Origin: Saprospiraceae bacterium
Lineage (GTDB): Bacteria; Bacteroidota; Bacteroidia; Chitinophagales; Saprospiraceae
Assembly: GCA_017996375.1 (NCBI GenBank)
Contig: JAGOHC010000001.1
Location: 1 to 62,873 of the forward strand
Direction of reading: 5' to 3'
Length of the DNA stretch: 62,873 nucleotides
The notes below the pieces were generated by a model that saw nothing but the letters and a program-made list of their open reading frames with translations, searched no databases and was not told the DNA's origin. The position numbers and the translations under genes are program-made. Positions 1 to 9,020 of the stretch are shown here, piece after piece. Numbering within the stretch: position 1 is the first letter of the stretch; each line of letters opens with the position of its first letter.

Positions 1-720
1 AGCTAAAACATTTGCCCACAACAATCGCAAGGCACGAAGTTTGGCAATTTCAACAAAGTAATCTTTACCTACAGAAACGCTGAACTGAATACAACGATTG
101 GGTGATGGAATATTTTTATCAATTAATAACTGTAACATGCTTTGTGCCTGAGCAATCTGCGCTGCTAATTGCAGCGAGGGTGTCTGTGTTGTATCGGCAG
201 AAGTCGTAAATATCCTAAATTGAGCATGAGGGTTATTAGCTGCCCAAGTTAAATCTTGCTCTGGGCATTGCAACGACCCAACAATGGTAGGCTGCCGTTG
301 CCAATATTGCAGTGTGGTGGTAGCAACTGCCGCAGTAGGTGTTTTGATATGTATCTGTATGTAGGCAACAATCACTCCATTGAGGAGCGAGGCCCATTCG
401 GTATCCATAAGCGTTCGGGTAAGCTGAAGCACGATAGCGTTTGCGCCGCCCTGCAAAGCAGTAAGTATTTGCCGATTAGCTGTTGGTAAGTCGCCAACTA
501 AAATCATCTCGGCAATAGTCCAATCTTCGTTGCGCTGAATAATATCAGATGTTCGTGTGGAAGTATGCAGATTGTAATATGGTGCCAATACGACGGACTC
601 TTCAATATGCCAATGAAGACTATCGTAAAGTTTCCCTTTTAGCTCTTTTTGCAGTTGCTGCCACCAGTCGGCTTGTTGTGTAGCTGTTGGGAATTCGCTG
701 AATAGTGTGGGCATACTCAT
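1..720 (-). CDS. mutA: Methylmalonyl-CoA mutase small (beta) subunit, N-terminal 240 codons; the 3' end runs off the window
   Basis: Not in the ORF track because it has no stop inside the window. The reverse strand from ATG (718-720) is open in frame down to base 1. It translates as MSMPTLFSEFPTATQQADWWQQLQKELKGKLYDSLHWHIEESVVLAPYYN ... FSVSVGKDYFVEIAKLRALRLLWANVLA. The LFSEFP...LKG N-terminus and the YFxEIAKxRAxRxLWA motif are typical of MCM subunits. Confidence 0.75.
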   Translation of the reverse strand, partial: MSMPTLFSEFPTATQQADWWQQLQKELKGKLYDSLHWHIEESVVLAPYYNLHTSTRTSDIIQRNEDWTIAEMILVGDLPTANRQILTALQGGANAIVLQLTRTLMDTEWASLLNGVIVAYIQIHIKTPTAAVATTTLQYWQRQPTIVGSLQCPEQDLTWAANNPHAQFRIFTTSADTTQTPSLQLAAQIAQAQSMLQLLIDKNIPSPNRCIQFSVSVGKDYFVEIAKLRALRLLWANVLA

Positions 721-752
721 ACCTGACAATTTATTTCTCTAAGATAATTCGT

Positions 753-760
753 CAAAGATA
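753..760 (-). promoter_or_regulatory. Bacteroidota -7 box (TAtcTTTG on the minus strand) upstream of the mutase gene
   Basis: Plus-strand CAAAGATA at 753-760 reads TATCTTTG on the minus strand, 33 nt upstream of the ATG at 720. The -33 position is only T-rich (TTTT), so this is a partial match. Confidence 0.4.
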
Positions 761-2176
761 CGGTATGATTCGTTCAGAAAAAATGAAGGGAGGTATTTTG
801 TGGTTGATTTCTTCGTTTGTAATTAACCAACCCAAATGTAACTGCCATCGCTACGATGGCTTCGAGCCTGACTTGCAGCAACGACATCGTTAAGAACGGT
901 GTCGGTTGTGGTCACAAATTGATGATTCATGTTGTTGTGTAAGAATGTAAAACGTAAATTATGTAATGCTAAAGATGTTCTTATGTTTCGGTGATCAATA
1001 TAAGATTTTGATCTAAAAGTTTATGATACCTACAATAATTACTGTGACATATGAAATTATGCTATTTAGCACTTTAAAATAGATAAACAGCAAACATTAT
1101 ACCAAATCGTAATTTATATTTATTTAATAAACACATACTTATATGTTATAAGTAATTGATTATTATTATGAAAAGAATTAAAAAAGATTAAAAAATATTT
1201 CGTTTGTATCATATCTACGACGTACACTTAGTGTATTTTTTTTATATCCAAGGGTTCGAATAGTTAAACCATGGGGTATATTAACCTAGATATGTAGCTC
1301 AACACATAAGTACTGATAAGTTAAGACATATTAAATCTGTTATCCGCAATACGCCCACTATCACTTGCCGTACTATTTGAGTACATTAACATCACATAAA
1401 GATTAGATTACGATGAAGAACGGTTTGTACCATCTGGAACACTGCCGGAAATGACGCATTGCGGATATAAATATCCACTTTGCAAAAAGATGGAGAGAAA
1501 TAGGGTGAATGTAAATTTTATAAACATACCCTTCTACTTTGTGTGTGTAAATTTTGTCATTTATTATTTTATGAAATTAATATTATAAAATTCGTTAATC
1601 CTTCGTAAAAATTTATTCAGATAGTTTTTTTGGGAAACTACCTACATGAGGCCACTTGTCTGTAATTATTACGTAGTAACTTTTTCCTTCCTTTGTTTTT
1701 AAATAATATTATTGTCCATTACGGCATTTCCACAACTCATCTAATTAAAGTGGACATTCTGTTTCTTTTGAGCACAATAAGTTTCACAGGAGTAATGTCA
1801 ATGATAAAAGTTTAAACAATAATAATGTATACAATATTTATTGCGACATTTTTATTGCATTATTTACATCTCAAAATCAGGCATAATAAAATATTATTAT
1901 TATATATCGTCACATAATCAATAAATTATAAATAATAATTTATTAATACATGTGTAAACAAGTTGATATCACAACAAAAAAGTACAATAATAAAACAGAT
2001 ACACGCCTATCTGTATCACACCCACGATATGGAATGAGCATATTTTTTAGGTTATTTTTATAAAAATTAAATTATTTTTTTTTACCTTGCCATCGTTGCA
2101 TTGATTTCTATACAGTAATCTTGCTTCCTAACAACTGTTAGTTACGAATATATTTGAACGGATATATACCAAAAGA

Positions 2177-2209
2177 GCCTTTGTCCTCATAGAAGACAAG
2201 GGCTTTTTT
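2177..2209 (+). terminator. Intrinsic terminator with no annotated upstream gene
   Basis: GCCTTTGTC (2177-2185) pairs with GACAAGGGC (2195-2203), including one G-U pair. The loop is 9 nt and is followed by TTTTTT (2204-2209). There is no ORF of 60 aa or more on either strand for about 1.3 kb upstream. Confidence 0.6.
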
Positions 2210-2235
2210 ACGCATCAATTTACTACCCAAAGGGC

Positions 2236-2265
2236 TTGGCTACTGCTCAAAACTTAGTACATTTG
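2236..2265 (+). promoter_or_regulatory. Candidate pyrF promoter (-33 TTG, -7 TAcaTTTG)
   Basis: TAcaTTTG lies at 2258-2265 and TTG at 2236-2238, with a 19-nt spacer. The pyrF ATG is at 2295. Confidence 0.5.
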
Positions 2266-2294
2266 TTGGCTCAAAGTCAAAGGAAAATTACTCC

Positions 2295-3104
2295 ATGCAA
2301 TATCAACAATTAATACAACACATCTTCCACAAGCAGTCATACCTCTGCGTTGGGTTAGATACCGACCTACAAAAATTACCACCACACCTTTTGCATGATG
2401 AAAACCCTATACTCACATTTAATAAAAAAATTATTGATGCCACGCGAAGCGTTTGTGTCGCTTATAAAATCAATACCGCTTTTTACGAAATCCATGGATC
2501 AGCCGGTTGGGAAACCATGCGTGCTACTATAGCCTACATCGGCAACGAACACCTCATCATCGTTGATGCCAAGCGTGGCGATATTGGCAACACCTCTACG
2601 ATGTACGCAAAGGCGATTTTTGAAAACCTGCAAGCTGATGCCATCACAGTTTCACCATATATGGGAAAAGATAGCGTTCAACCTTTTTTAGCTTTCGCCG
2701 ACAAGTGGACCATCCTATTAGCACTAACTTCCAACATAGGGAGTGAAGATTTTCAGCAACAGCCTTTAGCAAACGGCGACACACTTTTTAAACAAGTAAT
2801 CAAAACTTCGCTAACATGGGGCAGCCATGAGCAAATCATGTACGTTGTGGGAGCCACGCATCCACAAGCGCTAAAAACTATCCGAGAATTAGTGCCGCAC
2901 CATTTCTTGCTCATACCCGGCGTAGGCGTACAAGGGGGCGATGTGGCTGCTGTATCAGCAGCTGCATGGACAGCTAACGTCGGGTTACTAATCAACTCTT
3001 CCAGACAAATTATTTACGCCGATAACGGCAAAAAATTTGATGCCGCCGCTGCCCGACAAGCCACAATACTGCAACAGCAAATGAAAAATTTCATCAATAG
3101 ATAA
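2295..3104 (+). CDS. pyrF: Orotidine 5'-phosphate decarboxylase (long, type 2 form)
   Basis: 269-aa ORF with YLCVGLDTD near the N-terminus and the DAKRGDIGNT active-site motif. Confidence 0.85.
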   Translation: MQYQQLIQHIFHKQSYLCVGLDTDLQKLPPHLLHDENPILTFNKKIIDATRSVCVAYKINTAFYEIHGSAGWETMRATIAYIGNEHLIIVDAKRGDIGNTSTMYAKAIFENLQADAITVSPYMGKDSVQPFLAFADKWTILLALTSNIGSEDFQQQPLANGDTLFKQVIKTSLTWGSHEQIMYVVGATHPQALKTIRELVPHHFLLIPGVGVQGGDVAAVSAAAWTANVGLLINSSRQIIYADNGKKFDAAAARQATILQQQMKNFINR

Positions 3105-3177
3105 TTGATTATTTAACCTATTGCCGTACCTTACCTTCCGTAATAACATTTACCATCTAAATACAAAATGCAGCTCT

Positions 3178-6100
3178 ATGAAAACTTTCAAAACATTGAT
3201 GTTTGGGTGTATCGCTCTGTTTGCCTTAAATATTCCGGCTTTCGCCCAGAGTGCCACCACCCATAATGCTTCTACCCTTCAAGCTACTTATTTAGGCAGG
3301 TCAGGCGCTCTGCGCGATTTACCACAACAACACCCATCTCACAAAGGAACAAAGGATAAATACAAACAACGAAAGCGCGCACAAATGCCTGATTTACAAG
3401 GAAAAACGGGCATGACTACGCGAAATCACAACGCTTTGCCACATGGCACTGACCCCGCCCTACAAGCTCCCGTTACTACTCGCCTGAATGGCGAAGTAAC
3501 TTTAGGCATTAGCATAGAAGGAACAGACCAAAATACTGCAAACATTACTCCGCCCGACCCCTCTGGCGATGTAAGCCCCAACTATTATGTGCAAAGCGTT
3601 AACGCAGAGAACACTATTTTGAATGTTTGGAATACTGCCGATGGCACTCCCGTTTTAGAAAACTTTCCTTTGAATAGCTTGTGGGAAACATTAGACCTAA
3701 CTGGGTTGGGTGACCCAATCGTGTTATTTGACCGCTTAGCTAATCGTTGGTTAGTGACAGAATTAGGTTCGGATTTCGGTTCGTTTTTGATTGCTTTATC
3801 CACTACAAATGACCCTGCCGGAGCATACGATGTATACCATTTTGTCAACCCGAACGGATTGCCCGATTATCCAAAATTTGCTATTCATGAGAACAGTTAC
3901 TTTATTACAACTAATGAACAGGGCGACGCACCCCCATCTATACCTATCTACGCTTTAGACCGCACCGCAATGCTCAACAGTGCTCCAGAAGTGGATATAC
4001 AGCGACTGACTATCCCAAAATTTGACGACCCCAACGCTACGGCATTTCAGGTAGCTGCTCCGGTAGATTGGGATGGTGCCACACCTCCACCAGCAGGCAG
4101 CCCACAATATTTTGTTCGCATCTATGACGATGCTTGGAATGGCGGTATAGATAAATTGGAATTGTGGGAGGCTGTCATAGATTGGAATAATCCAAACAAC
4201 TCCTCCATTACCGGACCATTTGAATTACCTACGCTCCCCTTCGATTCTGAAGTATGCGATGGCGGAGATATTTTTTCCTGCATTGCACAACCCAGCGGCA
4301 CACTGCTATCCGCAATACAGCAGGTAGTTATGAATCGTGCATCCTATCGCAATTTTGGTACGCACGAAACAATTATTTTAAATCACACCGTTGATGTTGA
4401 TAATAACAATCAAGGTGGCATTCGTTGGTACGAATTACGTAAAACTACTAATACAGATTGGCAAATATTTCAACAAGGCACTTATGCACCAGATGACCAA
4501 AGTCGCTTCATGGGTACCATGGCAATGGACGCAGAGGGGAATATCGCCCTCGGCTATGCCGTTACTGGCACAGAAGTGTTTCCTTCCTTGCGGTTTACCG
4601 GCAGGTACGCTGGCGATCCGCTCGGCGTAATGACGATAACAGAACAGGCAGTCGCTGAAGGCGGAGGCGAAAATATAGAGTCGCGTTGGGGCGACTATTT
4701 TCAGATGAACGTCAGCCCGCTTGACGAAGTAACCTTTTGGCTGCAAGGAGAATATATGAAAGACGAGTTTACTTGGGGAACGCGCATCCAATCATTCATC
4801 ATCCAAAAAGATACTTTTGATGTAGGTGTGCGAAATTTGGCTGCACCGAAAAGTTCTGGCTTACTCACCAATAGCGAGCAAGTGAAAGCAACTTTCCGCA
4901 ACAACGGATACAACCCAATTAGCGACTTTACAGTTGGCTACCGTATGAATGACGGTGCAGCTACCATCGAAACCGTAAACCAAACACTTGCACCAAACGA
5001 AGAGTATGTACATACGTTCAGCACTTCCGTCAATATGGCTGCTTTAGGAAATTATAATTTCTTGATATTCACATCACATCCACAAGATTCTGCATACTTC
5101 AACGACACGCTACGCACTGCCGTTACACAATACGCACGTAAAGATATAGGTATAATAGGTATAACAGGAATTGAAAATGCCCTTTGTACTGATAACGCCG
5201 ACATCGGAATTATTTTACGAAATTTTGGTTGGGATACTATAACGAGTGTGAATATTATCGTCACCCTAAATGGCATAACGCTACCCGCTATTGTATGGAC
5301 AGGAAATTTGCCTTTCGGGCAACAAACGAGCGTGCCTTTACATATTATGAACCTAATACAAGGCATCAATACCATCACCGCTACTACTGCAAATCCGAAT
5401 GGACAACCAGACGAGATAACTACAAATGACAGCCGCACACAAACATTTCTTACAGAACTGAACGGCGGGCAATTTCGCTTAGAATTGCTTACCGACAACT
5501 ATCCTAATGAAACAACCTGGAAGCTCTTGAACAGTAATAATGAGGTGTTATATGAAGGTGGTCCTTATAACATGGGTGCTCATGTTTACGAGGCTGAATT
5601 TTGCCTTTCGGACGGATGCTACTCATTCATCATCCACGATTCTTTCGGTGATGGTTTGTTTACTCCCGGCTATTATCGCATCTATAATGCAAACAACAAC
5701 ATCGTTTGTTCTATCATTAATAATAATTTTGACACCTCAGAGGAGAATAACTTTTGTACGGATAATTTCTGCAACCTTACAATCAGCAGCGTGGTTACGC
5801 CCACAAGTTTTCAGGGAGCAGCAGATGGAGCAATTTTAATAACAGCAAGCAATGGCGTTGGACCATTCCAATACAGCATCAACAATGGAACAACTTATCA
5901 GAGCAATCCTTTATTTCAAAATTTAACGGAAGGGACATACACTTTAAGCGCAAAAGATGACAACGGTTGTATCATACAAAGCACTGCTACCATAACATAC
6001 TGCCGCATTGAGCTTACTGCTTCTATCACTAACGCTACTACTTCTACGAGCAATGATGGGGCAATTAGTATTATGACGTTTAATACAATGGGTACTGTGG

Positions 6101-6510
6101 AGTACAGCTTGGATGGCATTAATTATACCACCACTTCTACTTTTAACAATTTAGCCGCCAATAGCTACCTCGTTCATGTGCGCGATACTTCAGGATGTGT
6201 GCGTACCTTGTCTTGCATTATTGGAGCAACATCAAGCACAAGCGATCAAAATTTTGGCGGGGCTGTATCTTATTATCCCAATCCGGCGCACCAATCCGTA
6301 CAGGTAAATGTACACGGGTTGCCCAACGTTAACACCTTACCTGTACGCCTTTTGGATATAAACGGCAGAACATTGCGTACTCAAACATTGGTGCGTTATG
6401 ATGATAAATTGACCACCATTATTTATTTGAATGATTTACCCACAGGCACGTATTTCATTCATTTAAAACACAATGATTTCCAACGTTTACTAAAATTATC
6501 GAAGCTGTAG
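3178..6510 (+). CDS. Large secreted T9SS cargo protein (CARDB-like and SprB-type repeats, C-terminal sorting domain)
   Basis: The start is moved to ATG 3178 (MKTFKTLMFGCIALFALNIPAFAQ signal peptide); the track start at 3121 is TTG. The C-terminal half has repeats of the form GAADGAILITASNGVGPFQYS...GTYTLSAKDDNGC. The protein ends in a YYPNP...GTYFIHL... sorting tail. Confidence 0.7.
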   Translation: MKTFKTLMFGCIALFALNIPAFAQSATTHNASTLQATYLGRSGALRDLPQQHPSHKGTKDKYKQRKRAQMPDLQGKTGMTTRNHNALPHGTDPALQAPVTTRLNGEVTLGISIEGTDQNTANITPPDPSGDVSPNYYVQSVNAENTILNVWNTADGTPVLENFPLNSLWETLDLTGLGDPIVLFDRLANRWLVTELGSDFGSFLIALSTTNDPAGAYDVYHFVNPNGLPDYPKFAIHENSYFITTNEQGDAPPSIPIYALDRTAMLNSAPEVDIQRLTIPKFDDPNATAFQVAAPVDWDGATPPPAGSPQYFVRIYDDAWNGGIDKLELWEAVIDWNNPNNSSITGPFELPTLPFDSEVCDGGDIFSCIAQPSGTLLSAIQQVVMNRASYRNFGTHETIILNHTVDVDNNNQGGIRWYELRKTTNTDWQIFQQGTYAPDDQSRFMGTMAMDAEGNIALGYAVTGTEVFPSLRFTGRYAGDPLGVMTITEQAVAEGGGENIESRWGDYFQMNVSPLDEVTFWLQGEYMKDEFTWGTRIQSFIIQKDTFDVGVRNLAAPKSSGLLTNSEQVKATFRNNGYNPISDFTVGYRMNDGAATIETVNQTLAPNEEYVHTFSTSVNMAALGNYNFLIFTSHPQDSAYFNDTLRTAVTQYARKDIGIIGITGIENALCTDNADIGIILRNFGWDTITSVNIIVTLNGITLPAIVWTGNLPFGQQTSVPLHIMNLIQGINTITATTANPNGQPDEITTNDSRTQTFLTELNGGQFRLELLTDNYPNETTWKLLNSNNEVLYEGGPYNMGAHVYEAEFCLSDGCYSFIIHDSFGDGLFTPGYYRIYNANNNIVCSIINNNFDTSEENNFCTDNFCNLTISSVVTPTSFQGAADGAILITASNGVGPFQYSINNGTTYQSNPLFQNLTEGTYTLSAKDDNGCIIQSTATITYCRIELTASITNATTSTSNDGAISIMTFNTMGTVEYSLDGINYTTTSTFNNLAANSYLVHVRDTSGCVRTLSCIIGATSSTSDQNFGGAVSYYPNPAHQSVQVNVHGLPNVNTLPVRLLDINGRTLRTQTLVRYDDKLTTIIYLNDLPTGTYFIHLKHNDFQRLLKLSKL

Positions 6511-6537
6511 TTTGTATAATTTGGCTGTAAAAAACAA

Positions 6538-6565
6538 ACAGGTGTTGTTTGCAAACAACACCTGT
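6538..6565. terminator. Perfect 28-nt palindrome between the cargo gene and the tRNA (probable bidirectional terminator)
   Basis: ACAGGTGTTGTTTG/CAAACAACACCTGT has perfect 14-bp arms. It is preceded by an A-run and followed by TTATAATTT. It starts 28 nt after the TAG stop at 6508-6510 and ends 10 nt before the 3' end of the tRNA. Confidence 0.6.
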
Positions 6566-6575
6566 TATAATTTAG

Positions 6576-6648
6576 TGGCGGAGACAGGACTCGAACCTGT
6601 GGCCTCCGGGTTATGAGCCCGACGAGCTACCAACTGCTCTACTCCGCG
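6576..6648 (-). tRNA. tRNA-Met (CAU), initiator type
   Basis: The reverse complement is CGCGGAGTAGAGCAGTTGGTAGCTCGTCGGGCTCATAACCCGGAGGCCACAGGTTCGAGTCCTGTCTCCGCCA. It folds as a cloverleaf with anticodon loop CTCATAA and three consecutive G-C pairs closing the anticodon stem. Position 1:72 is unpaired (C x C), and the sequence closely resembles E. coli tRNA-fMet. No CCA is encoded. Confidence 0.9.
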
Positions 6649-6731
6649 ATATTGTGGCACAAAGGTACATCAAGTTTTTTAGAATACATAGTCTTTATCA
6701 AAATTAATATACATTTATTTACCAATCACTT

Positions 6732-7475
6732 TCAGCGATGCTCAATTTGTGCAGCCTCAAGTATCGGCATACGGCGGTAGCGCATTAGTAATTGAATAAC
6801 AGCGAGTACATCTCTTTCGCAATAAGTAGCAATACGGGGCAGGTCACGCTCTTGCCAATACACCTTCCCTACTTCGCTTCCATCAATATCTTCTTTTGGC
6901 GAAGGGAATCCCAAAACGGCAGCCAACAGCTTGAGTGAAGTGTAGCCTTTGTAGTCGCCAAATTTCCAAAGTTCCATCGTATCCAAAAAGTAAGTAAGCT
7001 CCCAAGGTTTTTTTCCATGAATTTGCAACAGGGTGGGTAGTTCTAAACTATGTACGACCATACGACGGCAGATATACGGTATATCAAATTCTTTGATGTT
7101 ATGCCCACACAAAAAGTGCCTATTTGGTATCGGGTAACGCTTTTGTAGCAACTGCGAAAATTGTTGCAACACAACGGCTTCGTCGTCATCGGCAAATGAT
7201 TTTAGGCGTGCTCGCCAAGTGCCGTTATCTTCATAAAGATAACCCACAGAAATGCAAATAATTTTTCCGAACTCGGCATAGATGGCTGCTCTTTTGGGGT
7301 ACGACACAGCGAGTTCTTCTAACTTGAGTTCATCTTTGGGCTTCTTTAAAATACCGGCTGCTTTGTGTTGCCACAAATCACGAAAAGTTTCATCCAATTC
7401 ATTAAAAGTAGAGTGCTGCGAAACTGTTTCGATGTCTAAAAATAAAATTTCGGATAGTGGTATCTGTTCTAACAT
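6732..7475 (-). CDS. Stand-alone 3'-5' exonuclease (RNase H-like fold, PolB-exonuclease-related)
   Basis: The start is moved to ATG 7475 (MLEQIPLSEILFLDIETVS, the ExoI DxE motif). Later motifs are HNIKEFDIPYI and YCERDVLA (ExoIII-like YxxxD). Confidence 0.65.
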   Translation of the reverse strand: MLEQIPLSEILFLDIETVSQHSTFNELDETFRDLWQHKAAGILKKPKDELKLEELAVSYPKRAAIYAEFGKIICISVGYLYEDNGTWRARLKSFADDDEAVVLQQFSQLLQKRYPIPNRHFLCGHNIKEFDIPYICRRMVVHSLELPTLLQIHGKKPWELTYFLDTMELWKFGDYKGYTSLKLLAAVLGFPSPKEDIDGSEVGKVYWQERDLPRIATYCERDVLAVIQLLMRYRRMPILEAAQIEHR

Positions 7476-7569
7476 ACGCTTAGTGAATTTACCTCGCAAG
7501 ATAGTCAAAAATAAAAATGCCACACAAAATTTGCATGGCATTTAATAACTGTTTCTATAATCGTATTTT

Positions 7570-8889
7570 CTAGTATCTGTAATACTCTGGCTTAAACGGA
7601 CCTTCTTGTGTTACACCGATATATTTTGCTTGGGAGGGTGTAAGTTCATCTAACTCCACGCCAATTTTGGCTAAGTGCAAACGTGCCACTTTCTCGTCTA
7701 AGTGTTTAGGTAGAAGGTACACTTTATTATCGTATTTTTTATGGTTTGTCCATAACTCTAATTGTGCCAATACTTGGTTTGTAAATGAGTTAGACATCAC
7801 GAAAGAAGGATGCCCCATAGCGCAGCCCAAATTCACCAAACGCCCTTCGGCTAATATGATAATATCTTTTCCTTTAATATTGTAAATATCCACTTGCGGT
7901 TTGATGGTAACTTTCGTTTTACCATAATTTTTGTTCAACCATGCAATATCAATCTCGTTGTCGAAGTGACCAATGTTACAAACGATTGTTTTGTCGTTCA
8001 TCAATTTAAAGTGTTCACCAGTAATGATGTCGCAGTTGCCCGTCGCCGTCACTACGATATTTGCACGCTTAACAGCGTCTGCCATTTTCTTCACCTCGAA
8101 ACCATCCATTGCGGCTTGCAACGCACAGATAGGGTCAATTTCTGATACAATCACGCGAGCACCTGCACCACGTAACGATGCAGCAGAACCTTTACCCACA
8201 TCGCCATATCCGGCAACAACAGCAACTTTACCTGCCATCATAACATCTGTAGCGCGACGAATAGCATCTACCAAAGATTCTTTACAACCATATTTGTTAT
8301 CAAATTTTGACTTCGTTACAGAGTCATTTATGTTGATAGCTGGCATAGGAAGTGTACCCTTTGCTACGCGCTCGTACAAGCGATGCACGCCGGTAGTCGT
8401 TTCTTCAGAAATTCCTCTGATGTCCTTCACGAACTCAGGATATTTATCTAATATCATATTGGTAAGGTCGCCACCATCGTCCAAAATCATATTAAGCGGT
8501 TTACCACCTTTGAATGCACAAAGTGTTTGTTCGATACACCAATCGAACTCCTCCGCATTTTGCCCCTTCCACGCAAAAACTGGTATGCCTGCTTTCGCAA
8601 TAGCAGCGGCGGCGTGGTCTTGTGTAGAGAAAATGTTGCAAGATGACCAAGAAACTTCTGCGCCTAATTCCACAAGCGTTTCGATTAAGACAGCTGTTTG
8701 GATAGTCATGTGTAAACATCCGGCAACGCGTGCGCCTTTAAGTGGCTTCTTTTTCCCGAATTCTTCGCGGAGTGCCATTAGTCCGGGCATTTCTGCTTCG
8801 GCTAATTCAATTTCTTTGCGCCCCCAATCAGCTAAAGAAATATCTTTTACTTTGTAATTGAGTGCTTTTTTAGTTCCTGTTACTGACAT
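7570..8889 (-). CDS. ahcY: Adenosylhomocysteinase
   Basis: 439-aa ORF containing [36 protein letters not shown] and the NAD-binding motif [10 protein letters not shown]. Confidence 0.95.
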   Translation of the reverse strand: MSVTGTKKALNYKVKDISLADWGRKEIELAEAEMPGLMALREEFGKKKPLKGARVAGCLHMTIQTAVLIETLVELGAEVSWSSCNIFSTQDHAAAAIAKAGIPVFAWKGQNAEEFDWCIEQTLCAFKGGKPLNMILDDGGDLTNMILDKYPEFVKDIRGISEETTTGVHRLYERVAKGTLPMPAININDSVTKSKFDNKYGCKESLVDAIRRATDVMMAGKVAVVAGYGDVGKGSAASLRGAGARVIVSEIDPICALQAAMDGFEVKKMADAVKRANIVVTATGNCDIITGEHFKLMNDKTIVCNIGHFDNEIDIAWLNKNYGKTKVTIKPQVDIYNIKGKDIIILAEGRLVNLGCAMGHPSFVMSNSFTNQVLAQLELWTNHKKYDNKVYLLPKHLDEKVARLHLAKIGVELDELTPSQAKYIGVTQEGPFKPEYYRY

Positions 8890-9020
8890 TGTAAGAATTA
8901 ATTATTTTATTGCTCTTAAAAATTATGCAATTTGATTTGTGAAAATTTTGAGGCGCAAATATACAACTATCCTACAAGAAATGCAATGTAAGTGTAATCG
9001 TTGTTGTACTAATATCCTTA

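Noticed and set aside
256-893. Plus-strand ORFs 256-489 and 705-893
   Set aside because: The first is antisense to the methylmalonyl-CoA mutase subunit gene. The second overlaps the start of that gene and runs across its promoter region, and it has an implausible sequence.
1253-1262. GGTTCGAAT T-loop-like string that might indicate a tRNA or tRNA fragment
   Set aside because: The flanking bases cannot form a T-stem, and no acceptor or anticodon arms can be built around it.
894-2294. The AT-rich block as the chromosomal replication origin (oriC); the flanking genes diverge from it
   Set aside because: Only one near-consensus DnaA box is present (TTATCCGCA, 1340-1348), and the other candidates have two or more mismatches. 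There is no box cluster and no dnaA/dnaN nearby. Gene orientation farther into the window does not follow a leading-strand pattern. Genome-wide GC skew would settle this, but it cannot be computed from this window.
3121-3177. N-terminal extensions suggested by the ORF track (3121, 7541, 11773, 13020, 19574, 22036, 22642, 25520, 38874, 58362, 60313)
   Set aside because: Several of these (for example 3121, 22642, 58362) begin at a non-ATG codon, and several overlap the upstream gene. In each case an internal ATG gives a canonical N-terminus, signal peptide or family-typical start.
7973-8857. 294-aa plus-strand ORF
   Set aside because: It lies entirely antisense to the strongly identified ahcY gene. 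The translation is low-complexity (Ser/Ala/Ile-rich) with no motifs, so it is a shadow ORF.
8890-9020. Possible SAH riboswitch upstream of ahcY; likewise an FMN riboswitch upstream of ribH (48225-48304)
   Set aside because: Both leaders are short and AT-rich. They lack the GC-rich conserved cores of those riboswitch classes. The ribH upstream region is mostly the stem-loop that follows the preceding gene.
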